NCBI GenBank assembly: GCA_002269645.1
Contig: NIVC01000468.1
Coordinates: forward strand, 1 to 64,000
Reading direction: 5' to 3'
Length of the DNA: 64,000 nucleotides
DNA from: Macrostomum lignano
Lineage: Eukaryota
Positions 25,301 to 35,699 of this stretch are shown here, in pieces; within the stretch, counting starts at the first letter, position 1, and each line of letters begins with the position of its first letter. The position numbers and the translations under genes were made by a program. The notes beneath the pieces are model-generated. The model was not told where the DNA came from. It saw only the letters and a program-made list of their open reading frames with translations, and ran no database searches.

Positions 25301-26772
25301 TAGAATAGGTATAGACAAATTGATCTAACCTTGGAAAAATATTTTATAAATAGTACCAATACTAAAATATAGATAAGAAAAGTATAACAAAGAAAAATAA
25401 AGTAAAAGCCTAGATTTCACATAAAGATCAGTTGGAATATGATATACATGTTTAACAATCTTGAGTATACAATAGTAAATTAACATTTAATTAAGGCCTA
25501 ATAGGCCTTTATATTCCTATTGGCAAAATTTTAAAGTATAATAATGTATATAATTTTTTAATGTAGAAAATTATACTTCTGTTCATTTTTCTTCTAATAG
25601 GTCTAAATACTTAGTAGAGTTTTCTTTTGTATTTAATAAAAATTTATTTTGATAATAGATCATCTTGGTAATAACAATTTGGCAATGAATCATTCATATA
25701 TGAGGAAGGCCCCTCTCGTTTTATTCAACTATTTACATGCATTTCAAAACTGCGCTAAAAACTAAGAAACACTTTTTGTTAAAATGTATATATGTTTGAT
25801 AATATTTTGCACAAATTAATTTTGTTATAAATCGTTGTAAAAATTAGTATAAATACAAGCAATTCAGACGAGAGAAGAGCCAACTTGCGGCGTGCAGTTC
25901 AAGAACTAAAGGTGCTAAGCAATAATCAATGTTCCGACTAAATATGTTTGCAGTGTTTTCCGAGTTATTTATTTGAAGCAAGAGTGAAGTAGACAAGAGT
26001 ATATACAGTATATACTACTGAGAGGGAGAGGGAGAAATATCTTTAATATTTTTACTTTTAGACAAAATTTAGCAAAAATGATGAATTTTTTCTATTCTGT
26101 TTTAGGGTACTTCACAAAACTAAGTCACATTTTAATGAAAACTAAGTTATATATTTAATTTTTCTATAATAAATCATACATTTATTTGAAATCATTTTGA
26201 ATGCATTTTGAAATCTGAAGTCATACTCAAAACAAAACCTTTGTAACCTTGTTAATGGTTAAGGAGATAAAAAAACTTGGAATAAAATTTGAATTTAAGT
26301 CATCTGCTTCACTCTAAAGATATAATAAAGTGTGATAAAGCATATGCAGCAAGTAAACATATGCAGCACATAGAATACCTCTTGATATACTTGCATCTAG
26401 ATACTCAATTATATAGAATATAGCATTATGTACATAGCATTAATTGCCCAATCTGTTAGATTTTATATTAAGTATATACAATAGCATTTAGAATGTGCAC
26501 TTATAAAGTCTTGTTGAAGTCTGGCAATATTTTGCTCATTGAATTACAGAAATTTATGGTTATTGCTTTATTTTTGAGGAATAAACTTTATAATAAGTCT
26601 GTCTTGTTGTTGAAAAATTTGCTTAGCTTGTTTTAACTATTGACAAATTTGATTTCTTTTAATTTATTAAATTTGAAGTCTATTGATAAATTAGATATTG
26701 ACAAATTTAGTATAACCCAAATGAAATAAGGGGAATGAAACTAGCTAGGCCCTAATAACTAATGACAACTAT

Positions 26773-27475
26773 CCCTATTGGAATAAGTTGACAAAAGTGG
26801 ACGATCATTGGTCACATTTTTGGATTCTCCTGGTATCGTCACACAACAGTGGTGTCAAGTGGTATGTCGCGTCGCGCAACACTGTGGAAACCTGGTGTCA
26901 TCATGCGTTGCGCAATGCGACAGTGTGGCAACTTGGCAGCTGGCGTCATCATGTGTCACATTGCGGCCAGGATCTGTAGCCAAAACCTTGCAAACTGTGT
27001 TTCATTATAATATGTTCACAGTTGTTTCTCAGCATTTAAATGTTTCAAACATGTTTGATAATAACTAGTTCTTGAATTGTTCCTTTTTATTTTGACAGTA
27101 AAGTAACTAATACTTCAAATATAATTTTTAGAAATGTTACTTGTTAGTTACAATGCGTGCACTGTTTTTCTAAGTGTTGTACCTTTGTTGTTTTACTGTT
27201 TATTGTTTTTAAATTTCATTTCTTTTTCTACGAAATTGAAAGGAATACTCTTGTCTCTCTCTTTATGGTCTCGGTGTTGGGAGTGATTGGCAGAATGGGA
27301 ATTGTCAATTGCAACGTGGCTGCTGAGTTGTCCTCTCCCCTCCCATCATTCAGTCAATAGACATTGGTGTTACGTCGCACATTGCTGCCCCCAGTCAACA
27401 AAATTTAGTGTCGCATTGCGCTTTTGAGGGCACAATTTAGGCAATTTTGGGTTTTTGAAACTTATTCCAATAGGG
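26773..27475. mobile_element. MITE with 17-bp perfect TIR (CCCTATTGGAATAAGTT) and 8-bp TSD ACAACTAT
   Basis: TIR at 26773-26789 and its reverse complement at 27459-27475. ACAACTAT at 26765-26772 and 27476-27483. Inner IR GCGCAATGCGACA. Confidence 0.85.
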
Positions 27476-27863
27476 ACAACTATATATATCATATTTGGTT
27501 TATTGCTAAAATGCTTATTACAAAAATTGACTATTGTTAAATCCATAGTCAGGAATATGGCATTTTACTTGGAAAATTCCGGCGTACACAGGGAAATTTT
27601 AGGCCAATTTCGGCATACATGGTGTACCACGGTTTAGAAAAAGTACCCCATGGCATGCAATGGAGTGCCACGACACACAATTGTACGCCATGCCACTGTG
27701 GGCGTGGGGCCCTGCCCACCCACAATATCCTGAATCCTGATGCATAAAATTTATTTTAAAAAACTGTTTTTTAAAACTGAAAAGGAAATAAAAAATGATT
27801 TTTCTAGTGCTAATTTTCTTTCGTTAAAGTCATATTATTGAAACCCATTCATGTGCACTGCTA

Positions 27864-28505
27864 GGTTGACGGTTGTTTTGTCTGCCACCCTTTTGTCTGC
27901 AAGAATGCGATACAGTTGTTTCATCTGCCAACGAATAGTAAAGTTTTAATAAGTGTAAATATATTAGTTGTTGTCATTAATTTGAGATTTGAGATATTTG
28001 AGATAACAGTGATTAGAATATCGGGATCATTTCTTAGTAGAAATGACTTAAAGGAGTAATTTCTAAATATTTTTGTTTATATTTAATAAACTACGCAATT
28101 GAACGAATTCAATGCATTTTTGTCATGATATGGCATGACGCCATACTATCTCTTAATGGTCTCAAAGCTTCAAAGCTCAAAAGCAATTAGTCGAGTTAGA
28201 ATTATTTTACTTAATATAAGTAAGTTATAGGTGCACAAATTATAAATCCCATTCACAGCTCACTATGTAGATTCAATTAAAGCTTATTTACAAATAATTG
28301 TATTTCTTGAAAACATTGTGATAAGCAAAAAAACATACAAAGACTACATCTAATTCTAAATCTGATAATTACTAGTAAATTCTAACTATTAAAAATAAAC
28401 TATAAATTAATTTCAGCCATTTATAAAACTTATTTTGCTACTTTTTTTAAAAAGTCTTTTTGTCTGCCGGCAGACAAAAAGGTGGCAGACAAAAAGACCG
28501 CACAC
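27864..28505. mobile_element. MITE with TTTTGTCTGCC-containing TIRs and 8-9-bp TSD (MULE- or hAT-like)
   Basis: TTTTGTCTGCCACCCTTTTGTCTGC (~27876) is nearly the reverse complement of GGCAGACAAAAAGGTGGCAGACAAAA (~28469-28494). Flanks are gCACTGCTA (27855-27863) and tCACTGCTA (28506-28514). Confidence 0.72.
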
Positions 28506-30696
28506 TCACTGCTACCCCTACCCTCTCCCGGTCTGTCGGCGTACCACCAGGTTCCGATCTTGGCATACACGGCGTACCACTTTTTTACCGACTTTTTATT
28601 CCAGCGTACCCGTGCCATGATCTTGACACAGGTGTTAAATATCAATAATAATATTGGGAATTTAGTATTATTGACAATAGTCAATATATTGGAAAGCTAG
28701 GCCTACTAATTTTAAAAGCATTGTACATAAAAAAGCTTAAATCTACTCTTAATGGCCAACTATTTAACTTAATAATAATCATTATTATTATTGATAATTA
28801 AATATTACTATTAGGCCTAGGCCTAGTCAACAGTATATAGTCAAATAACTAAATTCATAAACAATGCATATAATTTCTATTTTTATATTTAGTGAAGGAT
28901 GAGTGCTACCTATGCTATGGCTATAACCTAGGCTTTTTAAGGTTAGAAATCTAGTTGCCAGCTGGCTTGCAAACAATAACAAACTAACAAATCTATCATA
29001 CTGATTCATATGGCACTTTTATTACATTAAAAAATCCTTTTTTGAAATTGGCAACTGGCATGGAGAAATTGAAGTTGCCATATTGATCTCTGATGCAAAA
29101 AATCCAGTTGTCAAATGTCAATGAGATTTTCAAAGGGGCCAAAAAATCCCATATGGCCCAAAAAAATCTAGCCTAGGCCCTATACTATAACAGGCTAGTT
29201 AGCCTAGTTATACTATTTATACAAAGTAGCATAGCCATAGGCCTAGTCCATAGGCTACTTAGGGTTTAGGCTAGTAGGCTAGGCCTATATTGACATGGGA
29301 AAGTTTGTTAGTAGCATTTCCTAGTCAACTAATTGAATTGACAAAATCGCAACTTAGCAAAACTGTAGACTGACTGAGAGTCGAGACTGACACCAAAAAG
29401 AAAATGGCATGAACTCAAACAATAAAAAACGCTACACTTAGAGACATAGTTTCTAGGTCCATACCTAGGCCTATCATATTTATATACACTGCTGAGTGCA
29501 TACATGGGCACATGGCCGCTGTGTCTATAACTCCGTTTAAAAATATATCATTACAATTAATTATTAAGATCATATAGAACATTGCAATTTGATTACAATT
29601 GCACGACAGGTTGGTTAGCTTAGTTCACAGACGTTAGAAATTTAGTAGCCTGTACTGTAGAGACTCGAGATTAGATACTTCAATAAGTTGAAACTTTCAT
29701 TTCTTGGAAAAAGTACAAAAACAAATACATGCTCAAAATTGCATTTTGATAAAACAAAAGTGTGTTAGTTTTTCTCGTAACTTATTGGCTTGATTTAGCT
29801 TGATTGCAAAAAATGTTCAATACGCTTTGCTTATTCCTTCGGCTCCTATAATCCTGTTAATTTCATCTTTTCTTATCACATCACATCCCCAGTTGATTGT
29901 GCCTATTCGGGTTGGGCGTACTGCAGCAAATGAATTTAAAATGGAAGAAAATTTAAGCCATTTACCCAACAGATTAGCAAATTTCTGATAATGAATAATA
30001 TTTTTAGGTTTCGTACAGATTAATAAGTTTTTTGTAAAATTGCTTCTAAAAAGCTTTATCGTATTGCGTCAAATTTTGCCAATCAATATGCAAAAACTGC
30101 CGCCAAAATTTCTCTATTGGGACGAGCTTCAGCCTGTTAATGTGAAGAGCAATGCAGGAGAACCACGTTAGATATTCGTACTTATACATGGAGGTCAAGG
30201 ACAATTCTTACTGTAACTTGGACGTGAAGTTCAGCACAATTAATTCGGTGGTCAAGGACAACTCAGCCGTGCCGTAAAGTGATTCCCTTGTCGGTCGGCT
30301 GATGCATGAAGTTCGCTATGAGCTTTCATCTATTCTAATTTCTGCTGTAGTTCGTTTCGTACGTGCGAGAAGGGCTACCTTGCAAAAGCCCCAAGACCTT
30401 ACTTAATCGTGTAAAGGTGTATCATACGGTGTTTTTAAAACAATGGTACACATTGTATAGTAGTCCAGAAATACATGTAGATAATAGCTCTTGCTGACTT
30501 CTAAACTAGCGCATGGCTCTCATCAATTGGATTAACCTACTCGTTGATTCTCTGAACGTGGTGACGAGTAGTGAGCCATCGCTATTGATCAAGCTTAGTA
30601 GGAAGGAGCACAGAATTATGATGCCGAATTTGAGGAATTCATCAATTGGCTTGAGAACGCGGCTAATTTTTGGCGACTTTTACCGGAGCTTCCTAA

Positions 30697-31154
30697 TATA
30701 CTGAGGATGTCACGGGGAAGCTGGACGCGGCTGTAATTGAATCAATGCCGCGAACAACGCAGGAGCAAATGCGACGACATGGGGAAGCTTTGGAGAAATT
30801 TATGAAGGAGCACACGCTTGAAGACTGTGCCGTGGAAACTTAAAACGAATATCTACGGTTATTTTTATTTCGGTTTTAAGAAACAAATGTGGAAAGCTTT
30901 ATGCGCCTGCAAGCCTGTGCATTCGAGCAGGCATCCAGCGGTCCTTCACGGTCCAATACCTTCAGCTGGTCACGAAGCATTCGGTGAACTAGTTGCGTTG
31001 AGAATAATTTGCAAGCTCCAACATAATGCTAAAGGTGAAGGTGTCTATGGATCTTAGGCTGACTAAGCCTGAAATAACGGCGCGCAATGTAACGATATAT
31101 ACTACTGATTTTTTTCGTCAGCAATTGCGTAAGCTGAAGTCGCGTAGCAGCTAG
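30697..31154 (+). pseudogene. Decayed Crypton-like (DUF3504/tyrosine-recombinase family) N-terminal coding relic
   Basis: Stitching three frames with +1 shifts near 30865 and 30890 gives ...AVIESMPRTTQEQMRRHGEALEKFMKEH...VET*NEYLRLF-YFGFKKQ-GKLYAPASLCIRAGIQRSF...SVN*LR*E*FASSNIMLKVKV. This follows my recalled pattern for the family (LNxxLxxFYxxxRxxxGxxYxxxSLxxIRAxIxR...NIxxDxEFxxSNxxL). No database search was run. Confidence 0.6.
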
Positions 31155-31329
31155 CTGAAGCTTAGTAAATCAATTGCTGCCGTGAAAGAATCTGTCTTTG
31201 TCGTTATTGTACCCTTTGTCATGAAATTTATAGTTGCCGGATTTCTAGTCAATTCTGCTGTCTATGGCACTTTGAAAGAGCAGTAAAGCTAAATCAGTCA
31301 ATCGTCTATGGTAATGTGTGACATTAAGT

Positions 31330-31470
31330 ATATGTTATTCCCCACTTGTTTTATTTTTTTTCGTCGTCTTTGCTTCGCCTCGAGTTATTTTGCTTCGCCT
31401 CGGCCAATAAACGCGTCCTCAGCCGCTTACGACCATAGATAAGTCAAACAAGTGGGTAATGATATATTTA
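31330..31470. repeat. Short foldback terminal structure next to the Crypton relic
   Basis: CCCACTTGTTT (31340-31350) and AAACAAGTGGG (31446-31456) are a perfect 11-bp IR. GCTTCGCCTCG occurs twice inside (31372, 31392). Confidence 0.7.
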
Positions 31471-32484
31471 TTACTCAGTTCGTGTCAAGCAACAGAAATT
31501 CTAAAGTTCTAAATTCTAAAGCAAATAAATTTCTTTCGCATCAAATAAATGCTTTTCTTTGTCTATGACCGGGCCTAACTGGGTAATAAATTATCGCTGC
31601 GCCTTATGTATAATGATCAAAATTCATGTGGTTGTTGCACAGACAACAACTGAACTGACATATGCTTAAACAGCAAGTCGACACAGGGCATGACTTAACG
31701 TCACGAATCTACTGCTTTGCAGCCTGTGGCACTCCCACTCTCTTCTTACACCGAAGAGTGGATTCTGCGGTGTTCCAGTGACTTCAGTTCTAATTAACAT
31801 CCTTTTTGAAATTTTGTCCAGTTGCAACAGGGGTTATATTTCTCGAAAATTAATTGCTACAAGCATTTAGCTCTAATATATTCTTACACAAATACGACAA
31901 AACTACGTCATTCGGACTTTAAAAGATTGACAATCGGTTATTAAAATTATTTAAATAAATAAAACAGCCCTGATTTCTCTCAAGCAACTGCAGTGTTGCC
32001 AAGCGACTTTTTGTGACCTGGGACGGCTGTTTATCTCTATGTAAAGCAGATTGACTTGTACAGAGATCGTTAATGAAAAAAAATTATTTTCGAAATTATT
32101 GGAATACGACTCGACAAATCAAGATTGAACATGACGATATGAAGGCATGAAGGCAGGATGTTTGGTAGTAAATGGAGTGAGCCAAATTGCCAGGCCCCAA
32201 CGTTTTAATATTCAGTGAGTCAACGATGAATAATATGGAAACACACACTTAGATCGGTATTAAAAATCATAGGGCCTAGTGCATTTTATTGTAAGGGATC
32301 CTTTCACTGTAGAAGCAATGACTGATATTGTTTATAGATAGTGATACAAACGATATAATCATAATTACGCAATGTCCGAGCAAAATTATAGCACCATTGC
32401 TACTAAGCATTAATAAAACTGAATTTCAGTATGCGATTATGCTCATCATCTCCGTCCAGTTCGTGGACCTAAATATGTGCATTT

Positions 32485-33444
32485 CTACCTAAACTTGCCG
32501 GACCGACGAAGTTGGACGTAAGCTAGCACCAGAAATCCAAAAATGAAGCCGCCCAGTGCAATTTCATTGATCCACAAGTCTATTTCGTTTTCGTATGGAA
32601 TTCCCTGGTCGCTTAAGTACTTGTTGCCGAGATCGAAACAGATGTTAGCTGTTTCGTTGCAGAATTGCAGATCCTTCATCTCGTTGATGCTCAGCGCGTT
32701 CATGCTGTACCGGAAGATGCTGAGGTACTTAGCCCAGCTCAGCCATTCTCCCATTGTTGAGACATTCACCAGCAGGCCTGCGAACACCATCATGAAGACG
32801 AATGACAGCGCCAGGAAGATGGTAGCAATGGCGAACACCGAAACTGTGGCGCTAAGGAAGAAGGCCAAACTCGAACCGGCCATTGAAACCAGTAGCAGAT
32901 TTAAAAAGTACACAAAGAACTTGTCCAACCTTGGATTCAAACCGATCATGAAGTAGGAGATAGGAGAGTACAGCATCAGAGGCACAAGTCGCATTGGTAT
33001 CAGGTCGCAGAACACCTTAGCTAGAAAGTACACGGACACGCGGTAGTAACCAGATACGCTTTCGTGGACAAATATGGTGCGCTCGTGCAGAAACAGCTCC
33101 AGAGCGCCCATGTTGCCGAAGACCATGTTCATTGTGGTGAAGAAGAACACGCCCACTCGATTCTGCACGCCGGAAATCGTGTCAGCCGGTATCTGCAGGT
33201 AGATGAGGCCGACAAGCACGCTAAACAGAACGTTGAGCACTAGCTGGGCTATGGACGTTTGCGGGTTCCGCAGCAGATTTTTTGTTGCCCGTTGTGACAC
33301 GACGGCCAACTGGCGGAAAAACGACGTCTGGTAAGTCGGATTATTTGCTGTCGACTGCGGTCGGTAGCCCCGCATTTGGCGATTGCTGAAAGCCTCCAAA
33401 ACCGGAGCGATTCGAGCGTTGACGTCGCGCCACACCTCGGAGCC
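32485..33444 (-). CDS. ABCG2: ABCG2-like half transporter exon 3 (ABC2 membrane domain, 6 TM)
   Basis: FFRQLAVVSQRATKNLLRNP, GVQNRVGVFFF, FLHERTIFVHESVSGYYRVSVYFLAK and YLSIFRYSMNALSINE match ABCG2. Acceptor TTGCAG|GGC, phase 0. Confidence 0.93.
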   Translation of the reverse strand, partial: GSEVWRDVNARIAPVLEAFSNRQMRGYRPQSTANNPTYQTSFFRQLAVVSQRATKNLLRNPQTSIAQLVLNVLFSVLVGLIYLQIPADTISGVQNRVGVFFFTTMNMVFGNMGALELFLHERTIFVHESVSGYYRVSVYFLAKVFCDLIPMRLVPLMLYSPISYFMIGLNPRLDKFFVYFLNLLLVSMAGSSLAFFLSATVSVFAIATIFLALSFVFMMVFAGLLVNVSTMGEWLSWAKYLSIFRYSMNALSINEMKDLQFCNETANICFDLGNKYLSDQGIPYENEIDLWINEIALGGFIFGFLVLAYVQLRRSGKFR

Positions 33445-33549
33445 CTGCAAAGGCGAGTATGTGCTCGCGTGGTGCAATTTACCTCGTATATGAATACAGT
33501 AGTTGCGTTGTAAACATCAAAAACAACTTAAAATCATTCTGATTTTTAC

Positions 33550-33899
33550 CTGATACGTCGCAACAAGCCATCCTTGAACACTGTCCTGATGATCAAAGTT
33601 AACCTTCACCGCTGCTGAATCGACTTCAGTTGGTCTCGCGTCGCCACTCAAGATGTCCATGTAGAAATCAAGCGGGTTGTTGTGCATCTCGCAGACGTAG
33701 CCGAGGCGCTGGAAATAGTCAAGCGAAGTGACACTGTCACCATGATAGACAATCTGACCTTTAGACAGCAGAGTCAGCGAGTCGAATGTCTTGAAAATTT
33801 CGTAGCGTGGCTGATGAATGGAGAAGATGATTGTTGTGCCTCGGCGCGAGATGTTCCTTAGAATCCGCATCACCGAGTTGGCAGTGCTGGCGTCAAGAC
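33550..33899 (-). CDS. ABCG2: ABCG2-like exon 2 (GLDASTANSVMRILRNISRRGTTIIFSIHQPRY...NNPLDFYMD)
   Basis: D-loop and H-switch SIHQPR. Acceptor CTCAG|GT, donor CAG|GTAAAA. Confidence 0.94.
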
Positions 33900-33924
33900 C
33901 TGAGCCGAGAGAGGAAAATAATGA

Positions 33925-34028
33925 GTGGTAGTTCTTATAATACGGAATTAGAAGACTTTGGAATGTTGTTTAAATCGTGGTAGTTCTTATAATACGGAAT
34001 TAGAAGACTTTGGAATGTTGTTTAAATC
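33925..34028 (+). repeat. Perfect 52-bp tandem duplication in ABCG intron 1
   Basis: GTGGTAGTTCTTATAATACGGAATTAGAAGACTTTGGAATGTTGTTTAAATC at 33925-33976 and 33977-34028. Confidence 0.95.
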
Positions 34029-34294
34029 AATCAAAATCGGCAAGCCAAAAAGCTTCGACGGAATTTTAGTTGAAGGAGTAGTTAGCGCAATGTGCACTCT
34101 GCATTTGCATATCGACAAGAGTGTCTTAGGTTTGATACAGCATCGATCTCATATGGCTACGAGCGTATGCTTGTTCTGCTTGACAGAAGATTGCGACCTT
34201 ATCGGCTCTTCGCAGTCTAAGAATATCAACAATGGTTTTCTAAGAAATCCTAGATATCCAGCAGCAGTCCAAAAAACATCTCGATCTTTCTCAC

Positions 34295-34922
34295 CAGTCG
34301 TCGGCTCGTCCAGAAACAGCACTTTAGGCGAGGCGATGAGCTCCATTCCGATGCTGGTTCGTCGACGCTCGCCGCCAGAGACGCCTCGAGTCAGCTGCGT
34401 CCCGATGCGGCTGTCGGCTACCCCGGTCAGTCCCAGCTGGTCCAGCAGCTCCGCGACGCGTCTGCCTCGGTCGTACCGGCTGACACTTGCCGGAAGTCGG
34501 AGAGCCGCACTGAACAGCAGGTTCTCGCGCACTGTCAGCGTGCCCATGACAACGTCCTCTTGAACAACGTAGCCGCTGACGCATTTGAAATTCTTCGGCG
34601 GCGGCTCGCCATTGATCAGAATGGTGCCAGTCAGATTCTGCGGGTTCTTTCGTCCGGCGATGACATCCAGGAGGCTGGACTTACCCGAACCTGTTGGCCC
34701 CAGCACGGCGTTCATGCCAGGCTGAAACACGCCGCTAACTCCGAGCAGGATTTCCTTTCGCTCCGGAGGAAAGCAGCATGGCGGGCCGCGTCGGATGAGC
34801 AGAGAATATCTCACACTGTTGAAGGTCACCGTGGCGGCTTCTGCAGCACCGGAGTGTGGGCTAGCAGTGGCTGAGTAGCTCGCATTAGCGCGCGAAGAAA
34901 GCAAGCCGTCTTGCTCAGACAT
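34295..34922 (-). CDS. ABCG2: ABCG2-like exon 1 (nucleotide-binding domain)
   Basis: Walker A GPTGSGKSS, Q-loop YVVQED, signature VSGGERRR, Walker B VLFLDEPTT. Probable start MSEQDG at 34922; donor G|GTGAGA at 34294. Confidence 0.94.
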
Positions 34923-35699
34923 GACGGTTCTGTCCCTCGAATTGCACCACTTGCAATTTCTTCTTACCAACCTGAATTCACTTTCGTCTCCTCCAAGCTA
35001 TCCGCTGAAGCGTTATAAGCATTTTTCAGTGTGCGATAAAGAAATCTTTCTAAAAACTTCTACCCTGCTTCTACACTCGCAAGATCTACTGACGATTGTG
35101 CGAGTATTTCTCGTCGTCTATTTTTAGCAGTGTTGCAGACGTTTAAAGCACAATTTTCTGTTCACGTACATGTCGCCTGTGGACTGCAAATCACTTATGT
35201 GACTTTTCTGGCGAGGTAACTAGACATTTTTGGTACCACGAAAGGTTGGTACCAAAGAAGGCCAGTCTATGCTACTTTCACATTGATCCTGACATGCAAT
35301 GCAGCTATAAATGCTCTCATTAATTGCAATATGCGTGGTGAAATGTTTTAAGTTAGCTTATTCACATATAATGCTGAAAATTCTTTAGTGTAGCGTATTT
35401 TAATTAAAGTTCTTCTCGGCTATTCATCTCCTCATTTCAGAGTTTTAACAGCTACGTATACATGCACGTTTAAACTTACATTCCGTTTGTGTTTGGTAAA
35501 ATGTTGTGTCACCAAATTAATCAAAATGTAACTAACTCAAAATTTTTCACTTTCTGTCTGTAGATCTCTAATGTATTGTTCTAACGGTTTTTAAAGCAAT
35601 TTTTAAAAGTAAAAAATAGCAGCGATAAAAAGTCAATATCATCAGCACAGACTGCTCTTTATTTTTCACCGGCTTGAAGCGAAAGACGCTACGCACTTA

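Noticed and set aside
30841-31010. Stop-codon recoding or programmed frameshifting in the Crypton-like peptide
   Set aside because: All three stop types and two frameshifts occur with no slippery site or SECIS-like signal, and the other genes use the standard code. Neutral decay is simpler.
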